DNA of 64,000 nt from Octopus sinensis (GCF_006345805.1 NC_043000.1:103230001-103294000), one strand, 5' to 3'. Counted from the stretch's first letter, positions 36,140-50,152 are shown. The notes: a model not told the origin generated them from the sequence alone. A program made the numbers and translations.

Positions 36140-39100
36140 ATTACAATAATAACAACAGTCTCAAACAACAATAACAACAGTCTCAAAAACATCACCGTTG
36201 ATATTGAAAATGGTGGCATCAACAGCAAGAAAGACTGTAATTGTGACATGGATAAAAAAAAGACAAACTAAATATAATAAAAAATAAAGTAATGGTTACG
36301 AATGTCTATTACTATTACTATTCAGCTTAGACTCCATACAATTATTCTAATCATCATACATCCATTAACGTTTAGGTTTAATGTCACAGCAATTTCAGCG
36401 CTAGATCTCTTCCCGACATGCAGTGTGTTGACACTCAGCAGTGGTCTCAGGACAAACTAATCACTGCTGTTGTTCTTCATCTTGTTGTTGAGGTTTCCTC
36501 GGTAGAAGTTCAATGTTACAATACGAATGGAATTGTTAGAATGGCTTCAAGTGGAATTGACTTAGGGTTTTTGTTTGTTTTTGTTTCTTTTTAACTTCTA
36601 TGGTGAACTTGGATATGGGTGGGGTGGAGTAGGGTGGGGTGAGGTGGGGGTCTGAGCCTCAGATTAGATGTGTGGGTGGGTGGGGAGCAATTTGCATTCC
36701 ATTCGGAATATGGTCTCACGCCGGAAAAGCTGTTCCACTGGAACCACAAAGTGTAATCTCTGAAATTGACGACGACGACAATGACGACGGCGACGATGAC
36801 GACGATGATGACGATTTTGATGATGATGATGATTATGATATTGATGACGGTGATGATAATGATATTGATGATGTGATGGTGATGATTATGATGAGAAGGA
36901 GGGGAGGAGGAGGGGAGTGGGAGGAAGAGGAGAAGGAAGAGGAAGAAGAGGCTTGTCATGGTCATCCTCATCGTTATCATCATCGTCCACGCTCTATGTT
37001 TATGTATACGTTTCATTATAACTATTCCTTTTACTCGCTCTCGTTTTCTCTCTCATATACACGAGTCCACATAAAAGCACGCAGACACACACATACACAC
37101 ATAAATACACGGAGTACACAGGCACACATCGCTCTACACACGTACATGAACTTGTTTCTTACACTCATACACATACGCGCTCTCATATATACGCATACAC
37201 ACGCTCACATAATCTTCATACTCCAACACGTGCTTTCCACCCACACACATACATACGCGCTCGCCTATACACACATATATATATATACAAACGCACGGAT
37301 TATCCTCACATACACGCATGCTTGCGCGCCCACACACTTTGGCCAGGTCACTGTTGTCCCCCTTGCCACTCATATCTCCAACCATCTTTCCTTTCAGTTA
37401 ATTCAACATGTGCAGCCGTTAACCCAGGCACGTATATTTTATCACCGTTTTTTTCCCTCTCTCTCCATTTGTTTTCGCTCCTCGTTCCTTTCTGTAGAAG
37501 AGCGTAGGTTCGAAACGTCAATGACTTCTTCCGTTTTTCATGAGCATCAAATCGCCTTATTTGTTGTTCTCCACCTTTCTCTGTCTTTTGATTTTTTTAC
37601 ATAATTTTGAACTATATAAATATATATAAAAAATATATATATGGTGCTTTCTTTTAGCGACTATACGTGTTTAGCCAAGTGTGTGACATTTCGTCTCTCC
37701 AGGATATTGAAGGAGAACTTGTGACTATGTGCTTGGCCATATACATATATATATACATACACACACAACAGGTACGGATCCTCCTATAATATACCGGAGA
37801 GACTAAATGCCGCACCCTTGGCCAAACATATCGTTGCAAAAAAACTCCATGGCATACAACATGAAGTGGAAAACTTACTTCAATAGCATCCGAAACTGTA
37901 GATTGTGTTTAGCAGACAAAAAAACTCTCATCACCCAGGCATCTATCTAAACTGCAGAGGTGAAATTTTTAGTCCTTGCTCATACGAAAGGAAGTATATT
38001 TTATCATACCTACGCGCCTCACCGTGACTATAAGCATCAGTTCTTCACCTTCGGCTCTTGCACCACTAACACGCAAAACCCGGCGAAGGTTTTAACCAAA
38101 ACATACACAAAGAATTTCACAAACGCATACGCTCCCTAATATGGTCGGACATACACACACTCCCTTTTTCTACTACCTTATTGTCAACCTACACATATAT
38201 AGTACCCCTATACACATTCCATACTTGCACAAATACTTCAAAAAATTTAACCAAATATAAATAAAACACAGACAGACGAATACATAGCCGCTTATGTGAC
38301 CTTTGAATGCGTAGGTGCCTAAGTTAAAGAACACCTGAATGTCACAGACTGGGCGAGACAACTTGTCTCGGCATCACTGAGAATGGTAGATACCGAGAAA
38401 AGAGTTTGCATTTGAGAGCAGTAGTATAAAACAACAGTATTTTCATTCCTTGTATACAATAACTTATATAATTTCATGTTACATGATCTGACGTAAGAGG
38501 CGGTTTATATGCGTGTGTGTAAAGACACATACACACTCACACAGACTAAGACACATACACACTCATACAGACTAAGACACACATACATACATACATACAT
38601 ACATACATACATACATACATACATACATACATACATACGTACATGGTAATCGTAAACTAACAAGCCCAAGTGGTTTTGCTTCCGGTCTATTTACTTGATG
38701 TCATTGAACATAGTGAAACAATACGCCTAAGTACAATTCTTATATTGGAATTCTACTATTCTTTTTATGGAGTTGTACTGTTTAGCCCTGCCACTGGCGA
38801 TATAAAGAAAAAAAGTGCTACGCCACTTCATTAGTCTCTGGAGTATATAATATGATGTTTTGATACTTAACCAAAGTAGTTTCCCTAATCTTAGGTTTCC
38901 TTCGGTCAACGCTACCTGATTTAATGCACCAATAAACGAGTTAACGCGGTATCGGATTCAAATCTCCGACTCCCTGTCATTTAAATATTTTATTTATTTT
39001 ATATTGTATGTATGCGCGTGTGTGTGTGTCTTAAGAATGATAATAACGAAAGGTATTATATGTTATCAAACAACCAATGAATTTTCTTACTGCATTTGTT

Positions 39101-39196
39101 ATCTGATATTCAGAAACGCAGTAGAAATATTGCTTTGAAAGAAACTAACATTGAAATACAATAAATAAGTAATACAATGGATAAAAATACAAAATA

Positions 39197-39708
39197 TCTA
39201 TATATATAAAACTGTAGTTGTGTGAGTGTCTGTCTCCTACGATTTAGATTCCTAACTCCTCCCACATTTTGCGGTGCAGTTTAACCAAATTCGGGTATCT
39301 TATAGTCGTGATTCATATCAAGCCCGTCTGGCTATTAGCGCGCGTCTACGATGAGTCTACTATTTTAAAAATAATTTAACATCATTTTTTATTCCATTTT
39401 AATGCATAATTTTTCGTGTGTCGATGGCGGCGGAGTTGGCGTCCATGGTCACACTTGCACCTGTTAGCTTCTCCCCCTTCTTCCCTCCCTCGTGAAGCTG
39501 TGGGGAAGGGAGTGTAAGGAAATCAACGTCGTAAAAAGCGTTGTCAAGGAGACCAGCGTTCTTTTAGAATGACTTCATGGCTTGAAGACACCAAAACAGA
39601 AATGGCTAAGAAAGCCCGAATTGGCATCTATAAGGGAAGTAACTCTCTAAAAATGCTTATATAGTTATTTCCCTTACAAACCCGAGCAACGCTGGGCGAT
39701 ACTGCTAG
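39197..39708 (+). mobile_element. Non-autonomous Helitron
   Basis: A|TC..hairpin-CTAG|T termini; same family as 26570-26939. Confidence 0.88.
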
Positions 39709-40149
39709 TATAAATATAAAATATAAAGAAAAGAGGTTCGAATCTATCTTTTTTATTCATGTGGTCTATAGAGCCTCTTTTTTTTCATTTAAATATCACA
39801 TGGACACAGACATATACACACATCTATGGTGGTAGTGGATCTCCATCTGTCGACGAGAAGGATTCAGGTGTTCGAACAACTGGATAACTTTCTCCTGAAT
39901 TAACGTGTGAGTGACTGATTATTCCATAAACACGTGTACACTTAAAGTAGTTTTCAGGCAGAATCGGTGTGACCTAATGTGCGACAAAACAGCACTAAGT
40001 GAATTAGAGGTACGTTTTATCCGGCTGACTTCTTTACAGTTTCCGTCTGCTCAATTTCACCCTCACAGAGTATGGGTGAACCTGAGGCTATTGAAAATTA
40101 CATTTGACCCAGGCTCCATGCAAAGTGAACTTCTCAAGCATACGGCCAA

Positions 40150-40419
40150 ACTGCGCCAGCACATACATATATACATACATACATACCTACGTAAATACGT
40201 ACATTCATACATACATGCATGCATGCATGCATACATACAACATACATACATACATACATACATACATACATACATACATACATACGTACGTACATACATA
40301 CATGCAAGCATGCATACATACATATATGCATACATATATAATACATAAATACATAACTACATACGTACTTACATGCATACATACATACATACATACATAC
40401 ATACATAACTACATACGTG

Positions 40420-40451
<32 letters not shown>

Positions 40452-40540
40452 CATACATACATGCATGCATGCATGCATACATACATACATACATACATAC
40501 ATACATACATACATACATACATACATACATACATACATAC
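40150..40540. repeat. (TACA)n tetranucleotide array
   Basis: Direct reading. Confidence 0.97.
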
Positions 40541-40873
40541 ATGGTGGAGGTCAACTCGTGAGTGAGTAAGGACACTTCCCAAACTTAGGAAGTCTGTAGA
40601 AACGTTCCAAAAGTTCAAGAAGTACCTGTTTTCAATGAATAAAGTGTTGCACAGTAATGAACCCACTTTTCAGAACAATCAGTTATGGAACCAGTAGCAC
40701 AACAGAAGTTGAGACAACCAGAGACCAAATGTACTTCAGGTTTCTTTTGTACGAGTTTACCGTCTAGAAAAAAGTTTTAATGAAAACAAGGAGTTCTTCA
40801 CTCTCAGTGATTCACATAGCTCATAGCTGAAACCCTAACTCTACTAGTACGAGTGTATATATATATATATATA

Positions 40874-40918
<45 letters not shown>

Positions 40919-40939
40919 ATTATATATATATATATATGT

Positions 40940-41061
40940 ATAGATAGATAGATAGATAGATAATGATAGATATAGATAGATAGATAGATTGATAGATAGA
41001 TAGATAGATAGATAGATAGACAGATAGATAGATAGACAGGCAGATAGACAGACAGACAGAC

Positions 41062-41140
<79 letters not shown>

Positions 41141-41160
41141 CAGATAGACAGATAGATATA
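40940..41160. repeat. (TAGA)n/(CAGA)n array
   Basis: Direct reading. Confidence 0.97.
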
Positions 41161-41244
41161 GACTCGGATGAATATGGTAATTAAGTTGAGACACCAGAAT
41201 TTAGTACGGTATTATCCAAACAATTTCAAAATAAGGTGATTAAA

Positions 41245-41430
41245 ATCAAAATAAGTAGCAAGGATATCCAAAGGTAATGCAGTACGATCGTTTCAAGCAA
41301 CTCCATTTAATTGAACAATGCAACCATTACATCAATTTAAATGCAGAGCAATCCTCAGCATTGTTCAATTAAATAGAGATGCTTGAAACGATCGTACTGC
41401 ATTACCTCTGGATATCCTTGTTGCTTATTT

Positions 41431-41434
<4 letters not shown>
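41245..41434. repeat. 190-bp fold-back (arms ~77 bp) carrying hammerhead 3'-half motifs
   Basis: 41245-41321 pairs with 41358-41434; GAAAC-GATC-GTA at 41385-41396 and its complement in the left arm. Confidence 0.88.
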
Positions 41435-41470
<36 letters not shown>

Positions 41471-41625
41471 ATATAGATATATTAATATATATTATTTAGA
41501 ACAGAAAAACAAAGACGAAGACAGGTGTATAATCAACAACATTTTTCGTCAAATTTCGACATTTTTCAAAAGTTTAAAATCTATATTAATGGGTAGGATC
41601 AATTTGACGACAAAATGAGCAGGCT

Positions 41626-42111
41626 CTAGTAGCGAACCCGTGTTGTCATTTTTGTGCATGTGTGTAAAATGGCGAAATTTTACGCTTTGGAGCAGATTTC
41701 GTGAAATTGGTGTCACGATGGCTAGTGCGAAAATCCCTATATTGTGTTTGAGAAAAAAAAAGCACTTACCAATTTAAAACCTGAAAGGCTGGAGAATTAA
41801 AACAACGAATTGAAATAAGTTTTAGCAAATCAAAGCAATTCGTACTGAAATGAAGAATTAGCAAATGCTAAATAGATTACCGTTAATAAGCTATCTCTGA
41901 AACATTTTTCGCCAAATTTCAATATTTTTTGTCAAATTGATGTCACGATGGCTAGAGCGAAAATGCAAAAATTTTACGATTATTGAAAAATCGATGCTGA
42001 ATAAAAATCGATTTTTTAGAAATTTCAAGTGCGTAAGTGACCGAATGGTCTGTTGGACAGTCTAGGAGGAGTTAAAGTAACAAATTCACTAACACACAAA
42101 CTTGCCATTCA

Positions 42112-42115
<4 letters not shown>
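41626..42115 (-). mobile_element. Probable degraded non-autonomous Helitron, head-to-head with 42194-42564
   Basis: Minus strand begins near the (ATT)n run with AAGTTTGTGTGTTAG..AACTCCTCCTAGAC and ends in CTAG at 41626; the terminal hairpin is degenerate. Confidence 0.5.
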
Positions 42116-42181
<66 letters not shown>

Positions 42182-42193
42182 TATATATATATA

Positions 42194-42564
42194 TCTATAT
42201 ATATAAACGGCAGTTTGTCTGTCTGTGTGTCTGTGTGTCTGTCAGGTTGTACCCTCACCCTGACCACGACTTTCAACCGATTCTGATGAAACTTGACACA
42301 CACATAGCCCAATGTCATAATTGAAAACTAACACAGCGAAAATTTTGAAAAGTTCCCCCAGTTCTGAAAAAAATCGATAAATTCAACATGGGGTCGAGAA
42401 TCAGAAACACAAACCACAGACTGTCTAGGGGACGCAACTCGACCTTTTTAACTAAAAAAAAATTTACCATCATTTTTTTTCCCCATTTTTTGGCTATAAC
42501 TCTCTAAAAATGCTTTATAGTCATTTCCCTTACAAACCCGAGCAACGCCGGGCGATACTGCTAG
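42194..42564 (+). mobile_element. Non-autonomous Helitron with a different body
   Basis: A|TC start; identical 3' CCCTTACAAACCCGAGCAACGCCGGGCGATACTGCTAG|T. Confidence 0.88.
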
Positions 42565-42689
42565 TATATATATAGATATATATTATATATATATATATAG
42601 GGAGAGTTTACGAAAAAAAAAAAGAAAAAGACAGGTGTGTACAAAACAAACAGATGTATTAGTATAACACTCAGGATATTTTTTTTCTA

Positions 42690-43225
42690 GTTTCAGCTCA
42701 GAGCTGCGGCTATGCTGATGCACCGCCGTTTTGTGCTACCTGTTATTACGACGAACCTCGTCTAATATGTGGCACTGGTGAAGAGGAGTTGATATAGCTA
42801 CTCTCATTTGCCCTCTTGCCGTTAGGTAGGTTCATCTGGGACTCTTGACAGAAGATGTCCAGCTTTGATTTAAAAACTGCTACATCTACTTTTGCAAGTT
42901 CCTCAGACTCTTTGGGAGAATATTAAAAGCTGTGGCCCTTGAAACCCAGGCTGTTGCAGAAGCTGGTCCTGAGCGTGATGGCATTGCTGGGATCTTTGGC
43001 ACTATGCAGTGTCGTCCCGTTCTAGCATTGGTGTAGCTTACAATGCCAAAATTTGGCACAATTCCTTCCAGGATCTTCAAGACATATATTACTGCATACC
43101 TCTCCCGTCTTCACTCCAGGGAGTAGAGTCTTAGCTGTTTCAACCTTTCCCAGTAGCTGAGCTGTTGCAAAGAGACGACCTTCTTTGTGAATCTTCTCTG
43201 GATTGCATCAAGGTCCGCTGTTAAT
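42690..43225 (-). mobile_element. 5'-truncated CR1-clade LINE
   Basis: LKILEGIVPNFGIVSYTNARTGRHCIVPKI..FNILPKSLRNL, homologous to 24794-25680; tail GGCGGTGCATCAGCATAGCCGCAG..CTGAAAC. Confidence 0.88.
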
Positions 43226-43373
43226 TTTACACTGGTGTATATATATATATAGAAAAACAACTGGTTTTAAATCTCGGAGCGAGAAACATGTAGCAACAGT
43301 AGCGTACAGTAAAGTCTATTTACCAACACAATGTGGCAGTCTTATGCAGGATGATGTTACTACTTTTGGGCCA

Positions 43374-43437
43374 AAATTTTGGCTGATGAGAAATCAGACA
43401 CCTATTTGGCGCTAAATTTCGAAACCGGTACCAAGTT
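43374..43437 (+). ncRNA. Type I hammerhead ribozyme, canonical core
   Basis: TTTGG-CTGATGA(43383-43389)-GAAAT..ATTTC-GAAAC-CG-GTA-CCAAG; ACCGGT palindrome; predicted cut after 43430. Confidence 0.8.
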
Positions 43438-44610
43438 GACCAGCATTTACTTGTTCTGACCCAGTAGAGGTAAGACGTTATTATTGTTCACTGATATATT
43501 TTCCTATCATGTCAGTAATGGATTTGTGACTATTCGGTGGTACAGAAGTATTTTTTACTTCTATTTTTAGCGATGCAAGTACTCATGTAGTGCCCTTGTG
43601 TGTATATGTACATATCTAATATTGTATGTATATATTTTATTAATTTGCCCGTACGGCTGATAATTCGCTTGTCACTCATGATGGTATTTTATATATATAT
43701 ATATATATAGGGATGGTATTATTACCACCACCACTACTACTATTACTGGAAAGTATTATTGCTTACTAACTTTGAATTAACCCTTTTTTTTTATCCCACC
43801 CGTTGAACAGTTAGTTGCATACACACACCTGCCAAACAAGATAGAGATAAGAGAGGGGATCACCATGTCACATTTTATTTATCTCAGTGTAACCAGTGAG
43901 CCTAAATTTACAATTTCCAACACCGATTATGCTTGCTTCTATCAATTAGGAATATTTCATTCTGGATTATCTTAAGTTTACATTTGTTACTTTTGTGGTA
44001 AGTAAGCTAACATTTTATGTGGGTGACCCCGAAATCTCTTATAATTTATCATGGATCTTAAGCCCTTTTAAAGGGCAGCGCTGGGTAGGGTTATCTATTT
44101 GTAAAACCTATATGTATACTAACTATAAGGCAAAGAATTCACTGTGTCAAAGTACACTGAAAAAGTGTGTCAGTATCTGAAACAGATTTCAAGACTCGTA
44201 GTATATAACACACACACACCTACACACACATATGTATGTATGTATTATGTATGTATGTATGTATGTATGTATGTATGTATGTATGTATGTACGTACGTAC
44301 GTACGTATGTATGTATGTATGTATGTATGTATGTATGTATGTATGTATGTATGTATGTATGTATGTATGTATGTGTGTATGTATGCATGCATGTATATGT
44401 ATGTATATATATGTATATGTATATATATTGGCTCATTACATATATAAAGCGGTTTTTTATACGTCTTTTATTTTTCAAAATTAAGGTAACGTCTTTTTTA
44501 ATTTGAAATATTCTCTCCTTCATTTTCTACAATTCTCTTCCATCATCTATAGACTTGCAAGGCCCCTCCAAAATTCACTTATCCGTGACGAAAAATACTC
44601 CTCCATACTG

Positions 44611-44612
44611 TA

Positions 44613-44668
<56 letters not shown>

Positions 44669-44670
44669 AT

Positions 44671-44710
<40 letters not shown>

Positions 44711-44758
44711 CATAATATATATACATATCTATATATATATAACATATATATATAATAC

Positions 44759-44795
<37 letters not shown>

Positions 44796-45130
44796 CATAT
44801 ATATACATATATATATATATATACATTATATATATATACATATATATAATATATATACACATATATATATATACATATATATATATACATATATATATAC
44901 ACATATATTATATATATACATATATATATATACTATATTATACATATATATACATATTATATATACATATATATATACATATATATACATATATATATAT
45001 ATACATTATATATATTACATATACATATACATATAATATATACATATGTATATACAACATATATATATATACATATATATATATATACATATATATAATA
45101 TACATCTATATATCTATACATATATATACA

Positions 45131-45162
<32 letters not shown>

Positions 45163-45175
45163 ATATATCATATCG

Positions 45176-45255
<80 letters not shown>

Positions 45256-45270
45256 TATACATATATATTT
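44611..45270. repeat. ~650-bp interrupted (TA)n/(TACA)n array
   Basis: Direct reading. Confidence 0.97.
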
Positions 45271-45294
45271 CATTAATTACCTGTGCGGTAAATT

Positions 45295-45753
45295 AAACAG
45301 TAGCTGCACGACAATGTGAAGTATATTTGCCACTTAAATGTGGCTAACCACTAAGGGTGGATGGTACTGTAGCTTGAAGCCCCAGGAGAACATCTTCACA
45401 TTGTCGTGCAGCTACTGTTTATACCTCGTTCAGAGATTTATTATTTCTTGTTTACACTTTTTCGAGATCAGTGACTTTTCGTCACTGGAAAAGAGATATA
45501 TCCATTTGCATTGAGACCCCTTCGCATCGAAGACCTGTGATTGTCGTGCGCTGATGACAGGTAAATACTCAGAAACCCGGGTCCGTGCGTATCACGTCAG
45601 GTCGACGATGTGAAGGATGGCATCCCTTTGCAAATACTGATAGGACACAGAAAGTGTATCAATAGCCAGCTGGAGAAGATGTTCTGGGGCCACAAGCTAC
45701 AGTATAATCCACCCTTAGTGGTTAGCCATATTTAAGTGGCAAATATACTTCAC
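45295..45753. mobile_element. Penelope-like terminal-repeat cassette with inverted ends
   Basis: 45316-45398 is the reverse complement of ~45668-45753, there is a local hairpin 45295-45321/45394-45420, and a hammerhead lies at 45545-45589. Related sequence at 46210-46300 and 61800-62005. Confidence 0.7.
45545..45589 (+). ncRNA. Type I hammerhead (C3-G8), weak stem II
   Basis: CGTGCG-CTGATGA-caggtaaatactca-GAAAC-CCGG-GTC-CGTGCG; ACCCGGGT palindrome. Confidence 0.6.
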
Positions 45754-45785
45754 ACACACACACACACACACACCACGCACACACA

Positions 45786-45842
<57 letters not shown>

Positions 45843-46116
45843 GATAATAAAACGAATATTTTACACCTGGTAGCTTACTGGTAAATCACAGTCAGTTTCA
45901 TAGTTATCGTTATGTATATGACAAGTAAAAGACTAGAGCCATCTGCACTGCCGTGAGCTCCTGAACCAGTAGTTGAGTATCCCACCCACCCACCTATGAG
46001 GGATCGATGATAGATGTGTCGAAACAATTGTCGTGATGAATAAATTCTCGTATATTCCATCTTCCGTCTTTCATATAAACTGGCAGAATGATCATTCCGA
46101 AATATATATAATATAT

Positions 46117-46184
<68 letters not shown>

Positions 46185-46724
46185 GTTGTATACTGTCAAT
46201 CTAACACGAACGTGACAGTAGGGGGGGGGTACACCACCGCTGTATAGCCCTAGGAAGCATCGAACGCCTCCTGATGGCTTTGACACATTTTTCCCTGTGT
46301 CCTTATATGGGGGTGTTGGTGAATGTGTGTGTATGTAAGGATGTGTGTGTGTGTGTGTTGTGTGTACGTTATCGGAGTAAATATCCAGAGTAGGCCGCAG
46401 TCATTAATAAAACAGAATTGTCATAAGAAGGCCTTAATCCTCATTGTAAAAGTTTGTTCAAACTATATGCAAAAATACTTTGCCACGCCTTCATACACAC
46501 ATGCATACATACAAACATACATACATACATACATACATTCATTCATACACACACCATACATACATACATACATACATACATACATACATACATACATACA
46601 TGCATGTGTGCATGCATACATACATACATACATACAAATATACATGCATGCATACATACACACATGCATACATACATGCATACATTCATGCATACAGAAG
46701 CAGTGACACGCTCACACATCTCTC

Positions 46725-46779
<55 letters not shown>

Positions 46780-47265
46780 ATATAGATATAGATATCCGTG
46801 TTTATTACTTAGTCATTTACCATGCTTAGTCGTTGATAAATTATCTAAGTTAACTTGATCCAGGCAGTTTTATTTCCTATAAACCAAATCTCCCTCTCTC
46901 TCCCTCCCTCACCCTCTCTCTCTTTCTCTCTCTCACACACAAACACACCCTCTCCTTTTCTATTCCATTTCCTTCTCACTCTCTCTCTCTCACTCCCTCT
47001 CTCACATTCTATTTTATTCATTCACCTTCTGAATTGCTTGTGTCTTCGTCTTACGTTTTCTACTTCATCCATTTACTTTGTTACTCTCTCTCTATCTCTT
47101 TCCGTCTCTCTGTCTCTCTCTCTATTTAACTACCTAACTATCAATTTATCTAGCTACCTTTCACTATTTCACCATCCTTCCGCTTTGTGCATTATTATAA
47201 CCTGTTCCCCATTTGCTGTTCCTTTTGTCTATTTTTCTCTTGCACATACAAACGCACACACACGC

Positions 47266-47345
<80 letters not shown>

Positions 47346-47929
47346 GAATCTCAAACATTGTTTTAATTTCTTCATGTAGAGAAGTTGTGTGGAAAGGAAG
47401 GTTGAAAGCGTTGTAGTTATAATGAGAAACAGCGATAACTATGTGTTAGTGAGGGAGGGACCGTATTGGCGTGACAGGTAGTGGGAGGATGGGATGGCAG
47501 TGGTAGTGTGAGTTAACCAAACCGTTTTGCTGTTTTGCTTAACAAAATAATGGCATTCACATATTGCAAATATTTTAATTATATATATATATATTAATTA
47601 CACACGCACAATCCCTCCACTCTCTCTCTCTCACACACACATAGCATAGAGTATGTTGCATGTATAAAGTACTGCTATCACTAAGAGAGTTAAATATAAT
47701 CGCCGAGTAAATTCATTGTAGATACTTGAAAGTTCAAACTTTCACAGCGACTCGCAGTTTCACTCCAAATCAGAATTCTAGGCGACATATACATACATAC
47801 ATACATACATACATTCATATATATATATATATAAGTATATATATACACACACACACATACATTCATATATATATATATATATATATAATATATATATATA
47901 TATACACACCCATATATATGTATATATAT

Positions 47930-47987
<58 letters not shown>

Positions 47988-49093
47988 ATTATGCATATAT
48001 ATATATACACATATACATGTGTGTGGTGTGTGTAATGGAACAAAAACGCAATAGAGGACAATAAAACATTCGGACAGATAGACGATACAAAGGCGGACAG
48101 GAGAAATAACAATTAGAGAGATATGAAAAAAAAAGACAGGTCATTCGTAGCCTTCATTCCTCAGTCAAGTTACCAAAAGTCATTAATCTTTCGGGCAGTT
48201 ACACGTGAGACACTTCAATCTGGTTGCTCCCCAAAACGTCTAAGCTAAGAGCATTAGATTTTTTAAAAGAAAGCTTGCGAATGTGTACGGCAACAAAGAC
48301 AAAAAACGGAGAACATGGTACACAATTACAAATACAAGCAACAAGAATATAACAACAGGTGTCTTTCGACTGAGAACGATTCAAATTGAGCTGGCGTGTA
48401 TGAAGTGAAAGCCTAAAGGCAAGAACATAGAAGATGGACATAAGAGGTGTCGGGGGTCATCTGTCAGACCAAGAAAGAAAGATCATGGCTGACTGGACAC
48501 CGGTCACGTGGAAGGAGGAGAGAGGGTAGGGGGCAATGTGATTGAAGGATTAGTAAACAAAATCAGAGACAAAATGAATGGTGTAGGGGAGATAAACGAG
48601 GAGGAAAAGTGAGAGTTAAAAAAAGAGAGGGCCAAGAAATGTGTGAGAGAGAGGGGGAGCGAGAAAAAGAAAAGAGGAAAGAAGTATGAGGGGGACTAAA
48701 AGATAGAGTAAAAGAGTTGTAAAAATTTTAGATACAGGACTACTATAAGGTGGGAGAGAGAGTGAGAGAGTGATACAATACGATACTACCAATCAGTTGG
48801 GATGGCTATTTAACTCCGTATTTGCTGGATAAATAGTCTTTGTTTGTTTGGTTAACACTGCCACTAATAATAAAAGAGGCAAAGGATAAAGTTCCTTCCC
48901 AAGTCACCAAGCCTCATAGAGCCGGTTTCCTGGTTTCCGTGGCCTATATATTCCCTAGCTGGACAATACGCCGGTCCGTTGCAGCACGGATCAAGTGCCA
49001 CGTATCAGAGGTGGATTCACAAATTAGTGTAGTTCATTCAGCGGTGGTGCCCCAGCATGGCCGCAGCCTTCGGGCTAAAACATGTAAGTTTAA

Positions 49094-49142
49094 TTTGTCA
49101 AAAATTTTCGTCGCTAAAATCCGCGACCTGTTCACTGACAAA
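49094..49142 (-). ncRNA. G3-C8 hammerhead-like motif (core and stem II intact, 1-nt deletion in stem III)
   Basis: Minus strand TTTGTCA-GTGAACA-G-GTCGC-ggatttta-GCGAC-GAAA-ATTTT-TGACAAA. Confidence 0.55.
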
Positions 49143-49163
49143 AATCCGTGACGCAGCACGGTT

Positions 49164-49213
49164 TTTGTCAGGGAACAGGTCGCGGATTTTAGCGACGAAA
49201 ATATTTTGACAAA
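49164..49213 (+). ncRNA. G3-C8 hammerhead-like motif (U4>G in this copy)
   Basis: TTTGTCA-GGGAACA-G-GTCGC-ggatttta-GCGAC-GAAA-ATAT-TT-TGACAAA. Confidence 0.5.
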
Positions 49214-49326
49214 TTAAACTTAAATGTTGAAGTGAATCGAACAGCTTTTTGTGGTTCTTAAATGGCTTACAAACACATTCCACGCTGCAAGTGATATATA
49301 TATATATATATTATTATATATAATAT

Positions 49327-49645
49327 ATATATATATCAAAATACAGGTCAGATACTGCAACAGCTTGGGTTTCAGAGGACCACAGCTCTTTAACATCGTC
49401 CCTAAATGCCTGAGAGACTTACATGGTGTGGATGTGGGTTTCTTTAAAACTAAACTGGATCTCTTCTTGTCGGGAGTCCCAGATGAACCTACCTCACGAC
49501 AGGAGACGCGGATGCGGGCAGCAGCATCAAACTCCCTTGTTGATCAAGTCCCACGTATCAGAGGTGGATTCACAAATTAGTGTAGCGCATTCAGCGGTGG
49601 TGCCCCAGAATGGCCGCAGCCTTCGGGCTAAAACATTTTTAAGGA
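49327..49645 (+). mobile_element. CR1-clade LINE 3' fragment
   Basis: VRYCNSLGFRGPQLFNIVPKCLRDLHGVDVGFFKTKLDLFLSGVPDEP and the shared tail GGTGGTGCCCCAGAATGGCCGCAG. Confidence 0.88.
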
Positions 49646-49693
49646 TTTAAGGACATATATATGTATATATGTATGTATATATATATATATATA

Positions 49694-49911
49694 TTTCTTT
49701 ACTACCCACAAGGGGCTAAACACAGAGAGGACAGACAAACGGATTAAGTCGATTATATCGACCCCAGTGCGTAACTGGTACTTAATTTATCGACCCCGAA
49801 AGGATGAAAGGCAAAGTCGACCTCGGCGGAATTTGAACTCAGAACGTAACGGCAGACGAAATACGCCTACGCATTTCGCCCGGCATGCAACGGTTCTGCC
49901 AGCTCGCCGCC
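49694..49911 (-). mobile_element. Full-length SINE family A
   Basis: GGCGGCGAGCTGGCAGAACCGTT head, GTTCAAATTCC B box, tail TAGCCCCTTGTGGGTAGTAAAGAAAT. Confidence 0.92.
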
Positions 49912-50022
49912 ATATATATATATATTATAATATATATATATCTATATTATATCTATTATAGAATATATATATTATATATATATATATATCTATATATATA
50001 ATATATATATAATATATATATA

Positions 50023-50068
<46 letters not shown>

Positions 50069-50152
50069 ATCGTATATATTACATATACATATATATACAT
50101 AGATATATAGATATATATATATATATACATGTGTGTATGTAGTATGTATATA

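Larger units (their letters stand above)
49085..49290. mobile_element. Penelope-like pLTR with inverted 5' duplication (fold-back 49085-49222)
   Basis: 49153-49290 matches 23040-23175; 49085-49149 is its reverse complement. Confidence 0.8.

Noticed and set aside
36639-37604. 321-aa ORF, the longest in the track
   Set aside because: A chain of (GAT)n, (GAG)n and (CA)-rich repeats with no domain-like content.
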